The translations under genes were made by a program, and so were the position numbers. A DNA stretch of 64,000 bases, from NCBI GenBank assembly GCA_965203175.1, contig OZ241867.1, positions 544,001 to 608,000 on the forward strand, written 5' to 3'. This document shows, piece by piece, positions 20,463-28,392 of the stretch. The notes beneath the pieces were generated by a model. It saw nothing but the letters and a program-made list of their open reading frames with translations, was not told the origin of the DNA and did no database searches. Within the stretch, counting starts at the first letter, position 1. Every line of letters starts with the position of its first letter. This DNA is from Candidatus Latescibacterota bacterium (GTDB lineage Bacteria; Latescibacterota; UBA2968; UBA8231).

Positions 20463-21071
20463 ATGGCTGAAAAAGAAGAAGATCTGCTCAAAACCCTCCA
20501 GGAAAAAAACTTGGAGGAGAGCCTGTACAAAGCGCGTAAAATATTTCTCTGGTCCGACGTCAACGACGAGTCGGCCAAAGCGGTGGTCACTCGCCTGCTT
20601 TCTCTGGACGTCGAGGATCCAACCGAAGAAATCGTCCTCTACATCAACAGTCCCGGCGGCTCGGTTCACGACGGCATGGCCATCTACGACGCCATGCTGG
20701 CGATTCAGGCACCCGTTTCCACCGTGTGCATGGGCATGGCCATGAGCATGGGCTCGTTCCTGCTGTCGGCTGGCGAGCCAGGGCGTCGCTTCGCCTGGCC
20801 ACACGCCCGGATTATGATCCATCAGCCGAGCCTTATGCACACCATCACCGGCACGGCGATCGACCTCGACATCCGCGCTAAAGAAACCATCCGCCTGCGC
20901 GAAGAGCTAAACGCGCTCTACGCCAAGCACACCGGCCAAGATGTCGAGAAAATCGCCAAGGACACGGACCGCGACTTCTTCATGTCGGCTGAGGAAGCCA
21001 AAGAGTACGGCCTGCTCGACGACATAATCACCACCACGGCTCCCTCGCCCAACGGGTACGCCAAAAAGTAG
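20463..21071 (+). CDS. clpP: ATP-dependent Clp protease proteolytic subunit
   Basis: YINSPGGS, GMAMSMG (catalytic Ser), MIHQP (His), DTDRDFFM (Asp). RBS GGAG before ATG 20463. Confidence 0.93.
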   Translation: MAEKEEDLLKTLQEKNLEESLYKARKIFLWSDVNDESAKAVVTRLLSLDVEDPTEEIVLYINSPGGSVHDGMAIYDAMLAIQAPVSTVCMGMAMSMGSFLLSAGEPGRRFAWPHARIMIHQPSLMHTITGTAIDLDIRAKETIRLREELNALYAKHTGQDVEKIAKDTDRDFFMSAEEAKEYGLLDDIITTTAPSPNGYAKK

Positions 21072-21098
21072 CTCCGTCCCTTCGTTTCTTGCTCATCG

Positions 21099-21126
21099 CG
21101 CCGGTCCCCAACGGGGCCGGCGTTTT
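21099..21126 (+). terminator. Intrinsic terminator between convergent clpP and mutM
   Basis: CGCCGGTCCC-CAAC-GGGGCCGGCG followed by TTTT. Confidence 0.65.
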
Positions 21127-21932
21127 CATTGGCAACTCGGGCAATAGAAGGTGTTGCGGCCTCCCAAGTAGAAGCTCTCGATGGGCGCATCGCAGACGCG
21201 GCAGTCCTCGCCTTGGCGACCGTACACGTGGAGCCGCTGCTGGAAGCGTCCGCCCGCACCCGACCCCTGATAGTCGCTAATAGTCGTGCCGCCTTGGTCA
21301 ATGGCGACGCGCAGCACCTTTTTGATCTCCTTGGCCAGCAGGGCCAAGCGCAACGGCTCAATGGCCGCGGCTGGGGTCGCTGGGTGGATGCGCGCTCGGA
21401 AGAGGGCCTCGCTGGCGTAGATATTGCCCACTCCGACGACCATGCGACTGTCCATAATGAGGCTCTTGATCGGGCTTTTGCGCCGCTGGCATTGAGCTTG
21501 AAGATAGCGGGCATTGAAGGCGCGGGAGAGCGGCTCGGGACCGAGGTTTTGCAAGTACCGGCACGTGTGCTCCTCACCCCCGTCGAACACCAGCACTAGG
21601 CCAAAGCGCCTCGGATCGTTGAACGCCACAGCACCCCCGTCGGCAAACTCAAAGCCCACGTGGTCGTGCTTGGTGCCCCACGGCCGCAGGAGCAGATTGC
21701 CGCTCATGCCGAGATGGACCAAGAGCGTCCGACCCGATTGCAGGTCGAGAAGGAGGAACTTGGCACGGCGGCGCGCGGCCGCAAAGCAGTCTCCGACCAA
21801 GGAGCGCAGCGCAGTCCTCGGCAACGGCTCGCGCAGGCGTTTCGCACTGACGCGGACGCGAGTGATCGACCGGCCTAGCAGGTGGCACTCCATTGCGCTA
21901 CGGACGGTTTCTACCTCGGGTAACTCAGGCAT
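21126..21932 (-). CDS. mutM: Formamidopyrimidine-DNA glycosylase / AP lyase
   Basis: N-terminal MPELPEVE, HLGMSG, DPRRFG, GVGNIYASE, C-terminal zinc finger CRVC...CPSCQ. Confidence 0.97.
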   Translation of the reverse strand: MPELPEVETVRSAMECHLLGRSITRVRVSAKRLREPLPRTALRSLVGDCFAAARRRAKFLLLDLQSGRTLLVHLGMSGNLLLRPWGTKHDHVGFEFADGGAVAFNDPRRFGLVLVFDGGEEHTCRYLQNLGPEPLSRAFNARYLQAQCQRRKSPIKSLIMDSRMVVGVGNIYASEALFRARIHPATPAAAIEPLRLALLAKEIKKVLRVAIDQGGTTISDYQGSGAGGRFQQRLHVYGRQGEDCRVCDAPIESFYLGGRNTFYCPSCQ

Positions 21933-21938
21933 GGGCAG

Positions 21939-21967
21939 AGTATAGAAGCCTCCCGTAGAAGCGTCAA
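21939..21967 (-). promoter_or_regulatory. sigma70 promoter of mutM (leaderless arrangement)
   Basis: Minus strand TTGACG-N17-TATACT, followed 6 nt later by the ATG. Confidence 0.7.
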
Positions 21968-21970
21968 ACA

Positions 21971-21998
21971 TTGCCGACCCGTCTGCGGTTGGTATATT
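21971..21998 (+). promoter_or_regulatory. Putative promoter of the DUF5069/GATase operon
   Basis: TTGCCG-N16-TATATT with TGn extension; back-to-back with the mutM promoter. Confidence 0.5.
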
Positions 21999-22034
21999 GA
22001 AAACCCTCACCCCAAAACCTAGGAGCTTTGATCC

Positions 22035-23396
22035 ATGGATCTGACGAGACAACCACCCCGCCGACCCTCCAACGCTCAAGTCGCCGGCATCGTCGGGCTA
22101 GCGCGCATGATCGACAAGGCGCGCGGCCACAACGCCGAGACCATCGGCGAGTTCAAGTACGGAGACGACTCCGGCCTCGACGTCGAAGTGCTCGAATTTA
22201 TCAATATGGACGCCGCCGAGTTCGCCGAGGCTGTCGCCGAACTAGACGACGAGACCTTAGGCGTCATGGCGCTGGAAAGAGCACAGAAAGGCCAGTCGGA
22301 GATCGACGCCTTCAACGAGGAACACCTTGCGCGCGAGCCGCAAGACGAGCTACACGAGCGGCTGCTCGTCGAACGCATCGCCAAGTACGCCCCAGACCGC
22401 ACGGACATCAAAACAGTCTTCGCCTCCATCGAGCTAGACGATTGGGGCGCGTTCAGAGACCTAGACCTAACCTCCCAACCACCGCGCAGCCCATATATCC
22501 GTAGCGTCTTCGGCGTAGCGGGCACGGCGCGCATGGCCGACAAGGCGCGGGCAGTCACCTGCGGCAAGTTAGGCGAGTACCGCTTCGGTGCCGACTCCAG
22601 CCAAGACGCGGCCATCCTAGAATTCTTGGGCATTGCAGAGGACGCCTTTCGCCAAGCGGCGTACGAAAACCCCAACGACGACGAGCTGAGCGAGTGGATC
22701 GCCGAACGCTGCGAGAGATCAGCCGCGGACAAAAGCGCCTTCAGCGTCTGCCGCGCTAATGTCGGCCGCCATCCTGCCCACCCGCTCCATCATTCATATC
22801 ACCCGGATATATTCGACGCCTCCGGTAACTACGACCAGATGCGCGAACGGCTCGCCTCGCGCCGCGCCGAAATCGCGCCCGAGCGCACAGATGTCCAGAG
22901 CTTCTTCGACCTGCAAGACCTCGACGACGAGTTGAGTTTTGGGCTGACGGACTTGCGCCGGCATCCACCGCGCAGCCCATTTGATCTGAGCGTCGGCGGC
23001 CTCGCCTGCCTAGCGCGGATGATCGACAAATTCCGCGCAGCGCACTGCAATTGTCTGGGCGAGTACTGGTGCGGCGAGGATTCGGGTTTTGACCGCGCAG
23101 TGCTGGACTTTCTTGGCCTCGACCAAGAAGCCTTCGCCGAGGCAATTGCGGCCAATGAAACCGACGCGGCGATAGCGGCGTGGCTGGGCGAGCGGCTCTC
23201 CAACAAAAACGAGGAAGACAAGGCAGAGTTTAACCAACGGCTCCTGACCGCCAGCCCGCGCAACGACCGGCAGCAGAGCTTTTTGCTCAATGCCGTCTCC
23301 CAGCTCGACGCCTCGCGCACCGACATCGAGAGCTTTGCAGCCCTGACCCTGCTCGACGACAAGGTCTCCTTCGCAAGGCTCAAGGCCGGCGTCTGA
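22035..23396 (+). CDS. Protein of three tandem DUF5069-like domains
   Basis: Three copies of DLxxxPPRxP...ARMxDKxRx...GEx..GxDSxxD..xLxF...RTD...LDD; RBS AGGAG. Confidence 0.78.
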   Translation: MDLTRQPPRRPSNAQVAGIVGLARMIDKARGHNAETIGEFKYGDDSGLDVEVLEFINMDAAEFAEAVAELDDETLGVMALERAQKGQSEIDAFNEEHLAREPQDELHERLLVERIAKYAPDRTDIKTVFASIELDDWGAFRDLDLTSQPPRSPYIRSVFGVAGTARMADKARAVTCGKLGEYRFGADSSQDAAILEFLGIAEDAFRQAAYENPNDDELSEWIAERCERSAADKSAFSVCRANVGRHPAHPLHHSYHPDIFDASGNYDQMRERLASRRAEIAPERTDVQSFFDLQDLDDELSFGLTDLRRHPPRSPFDLSVGGLACLARMIDKFRAAHCNCLGEYWCGEDSGFDRAVLDFLGLDQEAFAEAIAANETDAAIAAWLGERLSNKNEEDKAEFNQRLLTASPRNDRQQSFLLNAVSQLDASRTDIESFAALTLLDDKVSFARLKAGV

Positions 23397-24088
23397 TGTC
23401 CCGCCCGCTCATCGGCATCACCAGCAGCCTAAACGCCGACGGCGATCAAGTCCTCGAGTACCAATACGTGGACGCGGTCGTGCAGGCGGGTGGTGCTCCG
23501 CTCGTGCTGCCCATGACCATGGATCGCGCTCCGCTGCAAGCGGTACTAGAGCGCATCGACGGTCTGTTGATCACCGGCGGCCCGGGCATTGAGCGCGGCC
23601 TGATCGGCACCCTGCCCAGCGATCTACCGCCGGTGGCAGCCAAGCGCGACCAATCCGACCGCTGGAGCTTTGCGGCCGCGCAAGAGCGCCAGTTGCCGGT
23701 TTTGGGCATCTGCTACGGAATGCAGTTTATCAGCGCCGAGTTGGGCGGCACGATTTGGGCGGACGTGGAAGCCCAACTCGGCGTTGAGCCGCATGCGCAA
23801 CAGCGGACTGCGGACAATTGGATCGAGCACGATCTCCAGGTAGAGTCGGGCACAGTGCTAGCTGCGCTGGGCCTTGCTGGGCCTTCGCAAGTCAATTCCA
23901 ATCACATGCAGGCCATTGACCGGCCCGGCGCGGGCTTGGACATCAGCGGGCGCAGCGGCGATGGCATCGTAGAGGCGGTTGAGAGCGCGGATGGCCGCTT
24001 GATTGGCGTACAGTTTCACCCGGAGCGCATGCCTACGACGATTTGGGTGAAGCTATTTGAGCACTTAGTGAAGCGGGCGGTGGGATAG
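23396..24088 (+). CDS. Class I glutamine amidotransferase, peptidase C26 (gamma-glutamyl-GABA hydrolase PuuD-like)
   Basis: RPLIGIT, DGLLITGG, LGICYGMQ (Cys), GVQFHPE (His-Glu); TGATG overlap with the upstream gene. Confidence 0.9.
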   Translation: MSRPLIGITSSLNADGDQVLEYQYVDAVVQAGGAPLVLPMTMDRAPLQAVLERIDGLLITGGPGIERGLIGTLPSDLPPVAAKRDQSDRWSFAAAQERQLPVLGICYGMQFISAELGGTIWADVEAQLGVEPHAQQRTADNWIEHDLQVESGTVLAALGLAGPSQVNSNHMQAIDRPGAGLDISGRSGDGIVEAVESADGRLIGVQFHPERMPTTIWVKLFEHLVKRAVG

Positions 24089-24283
24089 GAGCACTAGGTT
24101 TACTATGGATTGCCTAGCTGGGGTGTGATTGTCTGCGAACCATAGAGGACCTGCCAACAATATGCGACTGCCGCTCAAAACGTGGCTGGAGGCAAGACGA
24201 GCGGGCGGAGATCACGGGGAGGACGGTGAAGTAGATGGAGGGTACCGTTTTCCTGTGATTTTCTCTTGATTTATTAGCCAAAT

Positions 24284-24329
24284 CAGACATATTGACACTA
24301 TTTACAATTAAGTGGAGGCAATATGTCTG
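24284..24329. promoter_or_regulatory. 11-bp perfect inverted repeat spanning the AbiEi RBS and start codon
   Basis: CAGACATATTG (24284-24294) and CAATATGTCTG (24319-24329); ATG at 24323. Confidence 0.65.
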
Positions 24330-24928
24330 GAGCAAAGAAAGAGCGTCCTGAAGAAATATTCCGCAGGTACGGCGGCCAACTCCGAATGAGCGAGGCCATC
24401 GCGCACGGGATCACACGCTACATGCTGTATGCGCTCAAGGACAGGGGCGTCATCGAGCCGGTCAGCAGAGGCATCTACCGACTGCAGGAACTACCTCCAC
24501 TCGACAACCCTGATCTGGTCACGGTAAGCCTTCGCTTTCCCAATGCCGTCGTTTGTCTCACCTCCGCGCTAGCCTACCATGGTATCACGACCCAAATTCC
24601 CCATGAGGTTTCCGTGGCTGTGCCAAGAGATTCGCGGGTGCCGTCCCTCGACTATCCCCCCATACGGGTCCACAGATTCTCGCAGGAAGCGTACAAACCC
24701 GGAATCGAAACACATCTGCTTGATGGCGTACCCGTCAAAATCTACAGCCGCGAGAAAACCCTAGCCGACTGCTTCAAATTTCGCAACAAGATTGGCATGG
24801 ATGTGGTGCTGGAAGCCGTGAAGCTCCACAAGACGCGAAACGGGTTCAACCTCGGCAAACTGCTCAAATACGCCAGAATCTGTCGAGTGGAAAAGGTGAT
24901 GCAGCCCTACTTGGAGGCACTGGTATGA
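24323..24928 (+). CDS. Type IV toxin-antitoxin AbiEi family antitoxin / transcriptional regulator
   Basis: N-terminal wHTH (RGIYRL), VCLTSALAYHGITTQIP, YSREKTLADCF. Confidence 0.88.
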   Translation: MSGAKKERPEEIFRRYGGQLRMSEAIAHGITRYMLYALKDRGVIEPVSRGIYRLQELPPLDNPDLVTVSLRFPNAVVCLTSALAYHGITTQIPHEVSVAVPRDSRVPSLDYPPIRVHRFSQEAYKPGIETHLLDGVPVKIYSREKTLADCFKFRNKIGMDVVLEAVKLHKTRNGFNLGKLLKYARICRVEKVMQPYLEALV

Positions 24929-25827
24929 CGGCTCCCCGCAATGCGTCCGCGTCCGTCCGGCAACGCCTCCTCAATCGGTCCAGAAGTGAAAGACGGCCAT
25001 TCAACGAACTGCTTCAATACTTCGCTATGGAGCGATTCCTCTACCGGCTATCCCAATCCGCTCATGCCCAGCGATTTGTGCTCAAGGGTGCGTTGATGCT
25101 GAGGGTTTGGGACTCACCGGAATTCCGTCCGACCATGGACATCGACCTACTTGGCAGGACTCGTAACGCGGAAGCCGACATCGTCTCTCAGATGCGGGAC
25201 ATCCTGATGGTCAATGTGGAAACGGACGGACTTGCGTTCGACCTAGATTCTATCCAGACTGAGCGGATCACCGAAGGTGCGTATTATGACGGGATCAGGA
25301 TTCGTTTCTTGGGCGCATTGGGATCCGCGAGAATTCATATGCAGATCGACATTGGCTTCGGCGACATCGTGTATCCCGAGCCGAAAGAGTCGGATTTTCC
25401 GACCATACTGGACTTCCCAGCACCGCGATTGCTCTGCTACAGTCGTGAGAGCTCCATCTCGGAGAAGTTTGAAGCCATGGTCAAGCTGGGTATGCTGAAC
25501 AGCCGGATGAAGGATTTCTACGACATCTGGTTGCTATCCCGGCTGTTCGACTTTGAGGGCCCAAAGCTGACCCAAGCCATTCAGCGGACCTTTGAGCAGC
25601 GTGGCACGGCGCTGCCCTCAGAAATCGAGATGTTCACTCAGCCTTTCATCGATGTCAAGCAGACCCAGTGGGCGGCATTCCACAATAGGCTTCAGCAGGG
25701 TCACGTGCCCGCCTCGTTCGGAGAAATCACAGCTTCGGTGAGCAGATTCCTGTGGCCCGTTGTCGCAGCTCTTTCTTCTGGAAAGTCCAGTCCGACAGAC
25801 TGGATCGCACCCGGGCCATGGACCTGA
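24925..25827 (+). CDS. AbiEii/AbiGii nucleotidyltransferase toxin
   Basis: ERFLYRL, FVLKGALML, RPTMDIDLL, EKFEAM, SRMKDFYDI; ATGA overlap with the antitoxin. Confidence 0.9.
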   Translation: MTAPRNASASVRQRLLNRSRSERRPFNELLQYFAMERFLYRLSQSAHAQRFVLKGALMLRVWDSPEFRPTMDIDLLGRTRNAEADIVSQMRDILMVNVETDGLAFDLDSIQTERITEGAYYDGIRIRFLGALGSARIHMQIDIGFGDIVYPEPKESDFPTILDFPAPRLLCYSRESSISEKFEAMVKLGMLNSRMKDFYDIWLLSRLFDFEGPKLTQAIQRTFEQRGTALPSEIEMFTQPFIDVKQTQWAAFHNRLQQGHVPASFGEITASVSRFLWPVVAALSSGKSSPTDWIAPGPWT

Positions 25828-25891
25828 GCCGGTGTCCTTTATTAAAACAAAGAATTCAAATAAAGGGACCGGTCTGAGGAGAGCATGAGTC

Positions 25892-26218
25892 TTATGCCCA
25901 CAACAAGCGCCGCTGTAGTAATGTCTGCATACCCCTCCGCCCATCGGCGATCAAGAGCACATAGACGTTATTTTTCATCGCCCGATAGATGATGTGGTAG
26001 GGCCTGGAGAAAATCTCCCGGTATTCCCGAATCCCTATGTCCAGCAGTTCCGCCGGGTAGTTCCCGCGCTCGGGATACTCGGAGAGGCTGCTGAAAGCCT
26101 TCTCAATCTGCTCCAGCACATAATCCGCCCGATCCGGTTCATCATGCCGATCGATGTAATCGTATATCTCCTCCAAGTCGCGCGTCGCGTCATCGGTCAA
26201 CTGAACCAAGAAAGCCAT
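25892..26218 (-). CDS. Type II RelE/ParE family toxin
   Basis: ATRDLEEIYDYI, PERGNYP, YREIFSRPYHIIY; coupled to the upstream Phd gene. Confidence 0.85.
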   Translation of the reverse strand: MAFLVQLTDDATRDLEEIYDYIDRHDEPDRADYVLEQIEKAFSSLSEYPERGNYPAELLDIGIREYREIFSRPYHIIYRAMKNNVYVLLIADGRRGMQTLLQRRLLWA

Positions 26219-26493
26219 CAGCGATCCCGTCGCCGCTCCCGAAGCCGGGCGACGACATCGGCGGCGGGTTGCACCTGACCTGCTTCGATCTGTCGGCTAC
26301 CCAACGCGAGAGTCTTGAGCAGCGCAACCGTTTCTTGCATCTGCTCGTAGCTGTCGATATCCTGCATGACCGCCTTGGCTTCACCATTCTGGGTGATGAT
26401 CAAGGGTTCTGATTGGTCTCCAAGTGTGCGCACGATCTCAGCGGCGTGGGCCTTGAGATAACTGATCGGCTTGATCTGGCTGGACAGTTTCAT
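26218..26493 (-). CDS. Phd/YefM family antitoxin
   Basis: IKPISYLKAHAAEIV, PLIITQNGEAKAVM; RBS AGGAGG before ATG 26493. Confidence 0.9.
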   Translation of the reverse strand: MKLSSQIKPISYLKAHAAEIVRTLGDQSEPLIITQNGEAKAVMQDIDSYEQMQETVALLKTLALGSRQIEAGQVQPAADVVARLRERRRDR

Positions 26494-26630
26494 GGGCACC
26501 TCCTTTTCGGACCAAATATAGACCATAAACAGGTCAATAACAATAGATGCGCTTCGGCCTGCCCGGCTTGACAAAGACCTCGTTTTTCCTAGCCTCCTAT
26601 CGTCTTAACGCCCCAAAGGGAGACAATCCC

Positions 26631-27449
26631 ATGCAACTGCCGCTCTATCAGATTGATGCCTTCACCGGTTCGGTTTTCAAAGGCAATCCCGCGGCCGTCA
26701 TGCCGCTCGAAACGTGGTTGGAGGACGGAATTCTCCAAGCCATCGCCACTGAGAACAACTTGTCGGAAACCGCCTTCTTTCGTCCTACCGAGGAAGACGG
26801 CGCGTTTGAGTTACGCTGGTTCACGCCATCCGTGGAGGTGCCACTATGCGGCCATGCGACGCTGGCAAGCGCGTTCGTACTCATGACGGAGATGTGCCGG
26901 GATCTCGACCACGTCGCGTTCGGGACCCGTAGCGGCCGCCTTACGGTCAGGCGCGACGACGACCGCTACGCCATGAACTTCCCAGCCATGAACCTGCAGT
27001 CCACCCGTCGTCCCGAGCGGGTTATCGCCGCGGTGGGTACCGCGCCAGCCATGGTGTTGAAAAGCGACAACTGGCTCCTGATATACGACAGCGAGGACGA
27101 GGTCGCCGCGCTCGACGTCGATGTTTCCGCGCTCGCATCGGCGCTCGCCGAGGACGACGCGGACGCGGGCGTGATCTGCACAGCTCCAGCAGCGAATGGC
27201 CGCGCCGATTTCGTCTCTCGCTATTTTGCACCCTGTCACGGCATTTCCGAAGACCCGGTCACGGGTTCGACCCATTGCAGCCTAGTGCCGTACTGGTCTG
27301 AACGGCTCGGACGCCGCGAGCTCCACGCCCTGCAGATCTCGGCCCGCGGCGGAGAGCTATTCTGCCGCGATCAGGGCAGGCGGGTGGAGATCGCGGGGAA
27401 GGCAGTGAAGTATATGGAGGGAGTTACTCACATTCCGGCATCGCCATGA
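26631..27449 (+). CDS. PhzF family isomerase/epimerase
   Basis: QIDAF...GNPAAV, NLSETAF, EVPLCGHATLA, EDPVTGSTHC. Confidence 0.92.
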   Translation: MQLPLYQIDAFTGSVFKGNPAAVMPLETWLEDGILQAIATENNLSETAFFRPTEEDGAFELRWFTPSVEVPLCGHATLASAFVLMTEMCRDLDHVAFGTRSGRLTVRRDDDRYAMNFPAMNLQSTRRPERVIAAVGTAPAMVLKSDNWLLIYDSEDEVAALDVDVSALASALAEDDADAGVICTAPAANGRADFVSRYFAPCHGISEDPVTGSTHCSLVPYWSERLGRRELHALQISARGGELFCRDQGRRVEIAGKAVKYMEGVTHIPASP

Positions 27450-27555
27450 TCGGTCGGTAGCCTCTTCCGGTTGTTTGCCCATCCGGGAGACTGCCCGGAC
27501 CGGATTGAGACAACAGACCGCTTCCTAAAGGCGTGTGAGGGCCAAATCTTGCTGC

Positions 27556-27610
27556 AATTTTGAACCGCTACTTCAAATTATCATGTAATTTTGAACTACT
27601 ACTTCAAATT
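27556..27610. repeat. Two 24-bp direct repeats, each with dyad symmetry
   Basis: AATTTTGAACCGCTACTTCAAATT (27556-27579) and AATTTTGAACTACTACTTCAAATT (27587-27610). Confidence 0.8.
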
Positions 27611-27636
27611 TGCACGGCACTCCGCGGCAACCTCAC

Positions 27637-28320
27637 CTAAGCCAGCCGCTTCCAAACATCCGCCACTTGCTGGCTCTTCACCTGTACAAGCCGCGCCTCC
27701 TCAAGCACATAACCACTGAGTTGACCGCCATAGATACAGCCCGAGTCGAGGCCGAGAAGATGGGGGCAGCCATCGCGCTTTTTGACCACCAAGCCGCCGG
27801 GCGCGTCGTGGCCAAAGACAAGCAGGGGATACTCCGGCTTGTAGAAATCGTGCCAGCGCGGGCTGGCGAGATCGTCGGAGGGCGGCCATGTGCGGATCTT
27901 CAGGAATTCTTTGCGGCGGGTGCCTTGTAAGCCCTTTTTCGGATTGATGCCGGCGTGGACTAGGAGGAAAGCGTCTTCCGCGATGTAGAGCGGGCACTGC
28001 CGGAGCCAAGCGAGGATCTCGCCGTGGGCGGGCTGAAGTTGGGCGAGGGTATAGCGCTGATCGGGGAACTTCACTTTGGGCTTGCGGCCCTTCTTTAAGG
28101 CGGTTAGCTGCTTCAAGAGGCGGGCGTCGTGGTTGCCCAAGACCATCTCGGCCTCGGTCTCGCAAATCAACTGCCACACCGCCAACGGGTCGGGACCGCG
28201 GGCAAAGGCATCGCCGGCTAGCAACAGGCGATCTTGAGCGAAGTCGTAGTCTACTTTTGCAAGGAAGGCTTCAAACTCGGCGGCGCAGCCGTGGACGTCG
28301 CCGACAAAAATGGTACGCAT
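27637..28320 (-). CDS. Metallophosphoesterase (ApaH/PrpE/PP2A-like)
   Basis: VGDVHGC, GDAFARG, LGNHD, VHAG, FGH, LDSGC. Confidence 0.9.
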   Translation of the reverse strand: MRTIFVGDVHGCAAEFEAFLAKVDYDFAQDRLLLAGDAFARGPDPLAVWQLICETEAEMVLGNHDARLLKQLTALKKGRKPKVKFPDQRYTLAQLQPAHGEILAWLRQCPLYIAEDAFLLVHAGINPKKGLQGTRRKEFLKIRTWPPSDDLASPRWHDFYKPEYPLLVFGHDAPGGLVVKKRDGCPHLLGLDSGCIYGGQLSGYVLEEARLVQVKSQQVADVWKRLA

Positions 28321-28392
28321 CTGATTTCCTTATATTTGCATTGCGGAAGGGCAAACGCTATCATACTCCCCACCTTGAAAAGATAGCCCCTG

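Noticed and set aside
24162-24269. 35-aa ORF MRLPLKTWLEARR... upstream of AbiEi
   Set aside because: No recognisable motif and only a weak RBS; may be a gene remnant but cannot be supported.
26631-27449. Phenazine biosynthesis cluster
   Set aside because: Lone PhzF-family gene with no other phz genes.
27556-27610. Possible mini CRISPR array
   Set aside because: Only two repeats separated by 7 nt, with no spacer-length unique sequence and no cas genes.
24089-27636. Integron cassette array
   Set aside because: No intI gene and no convincing paired RYYYAAC...GTTRRRY attC sites between the genes.
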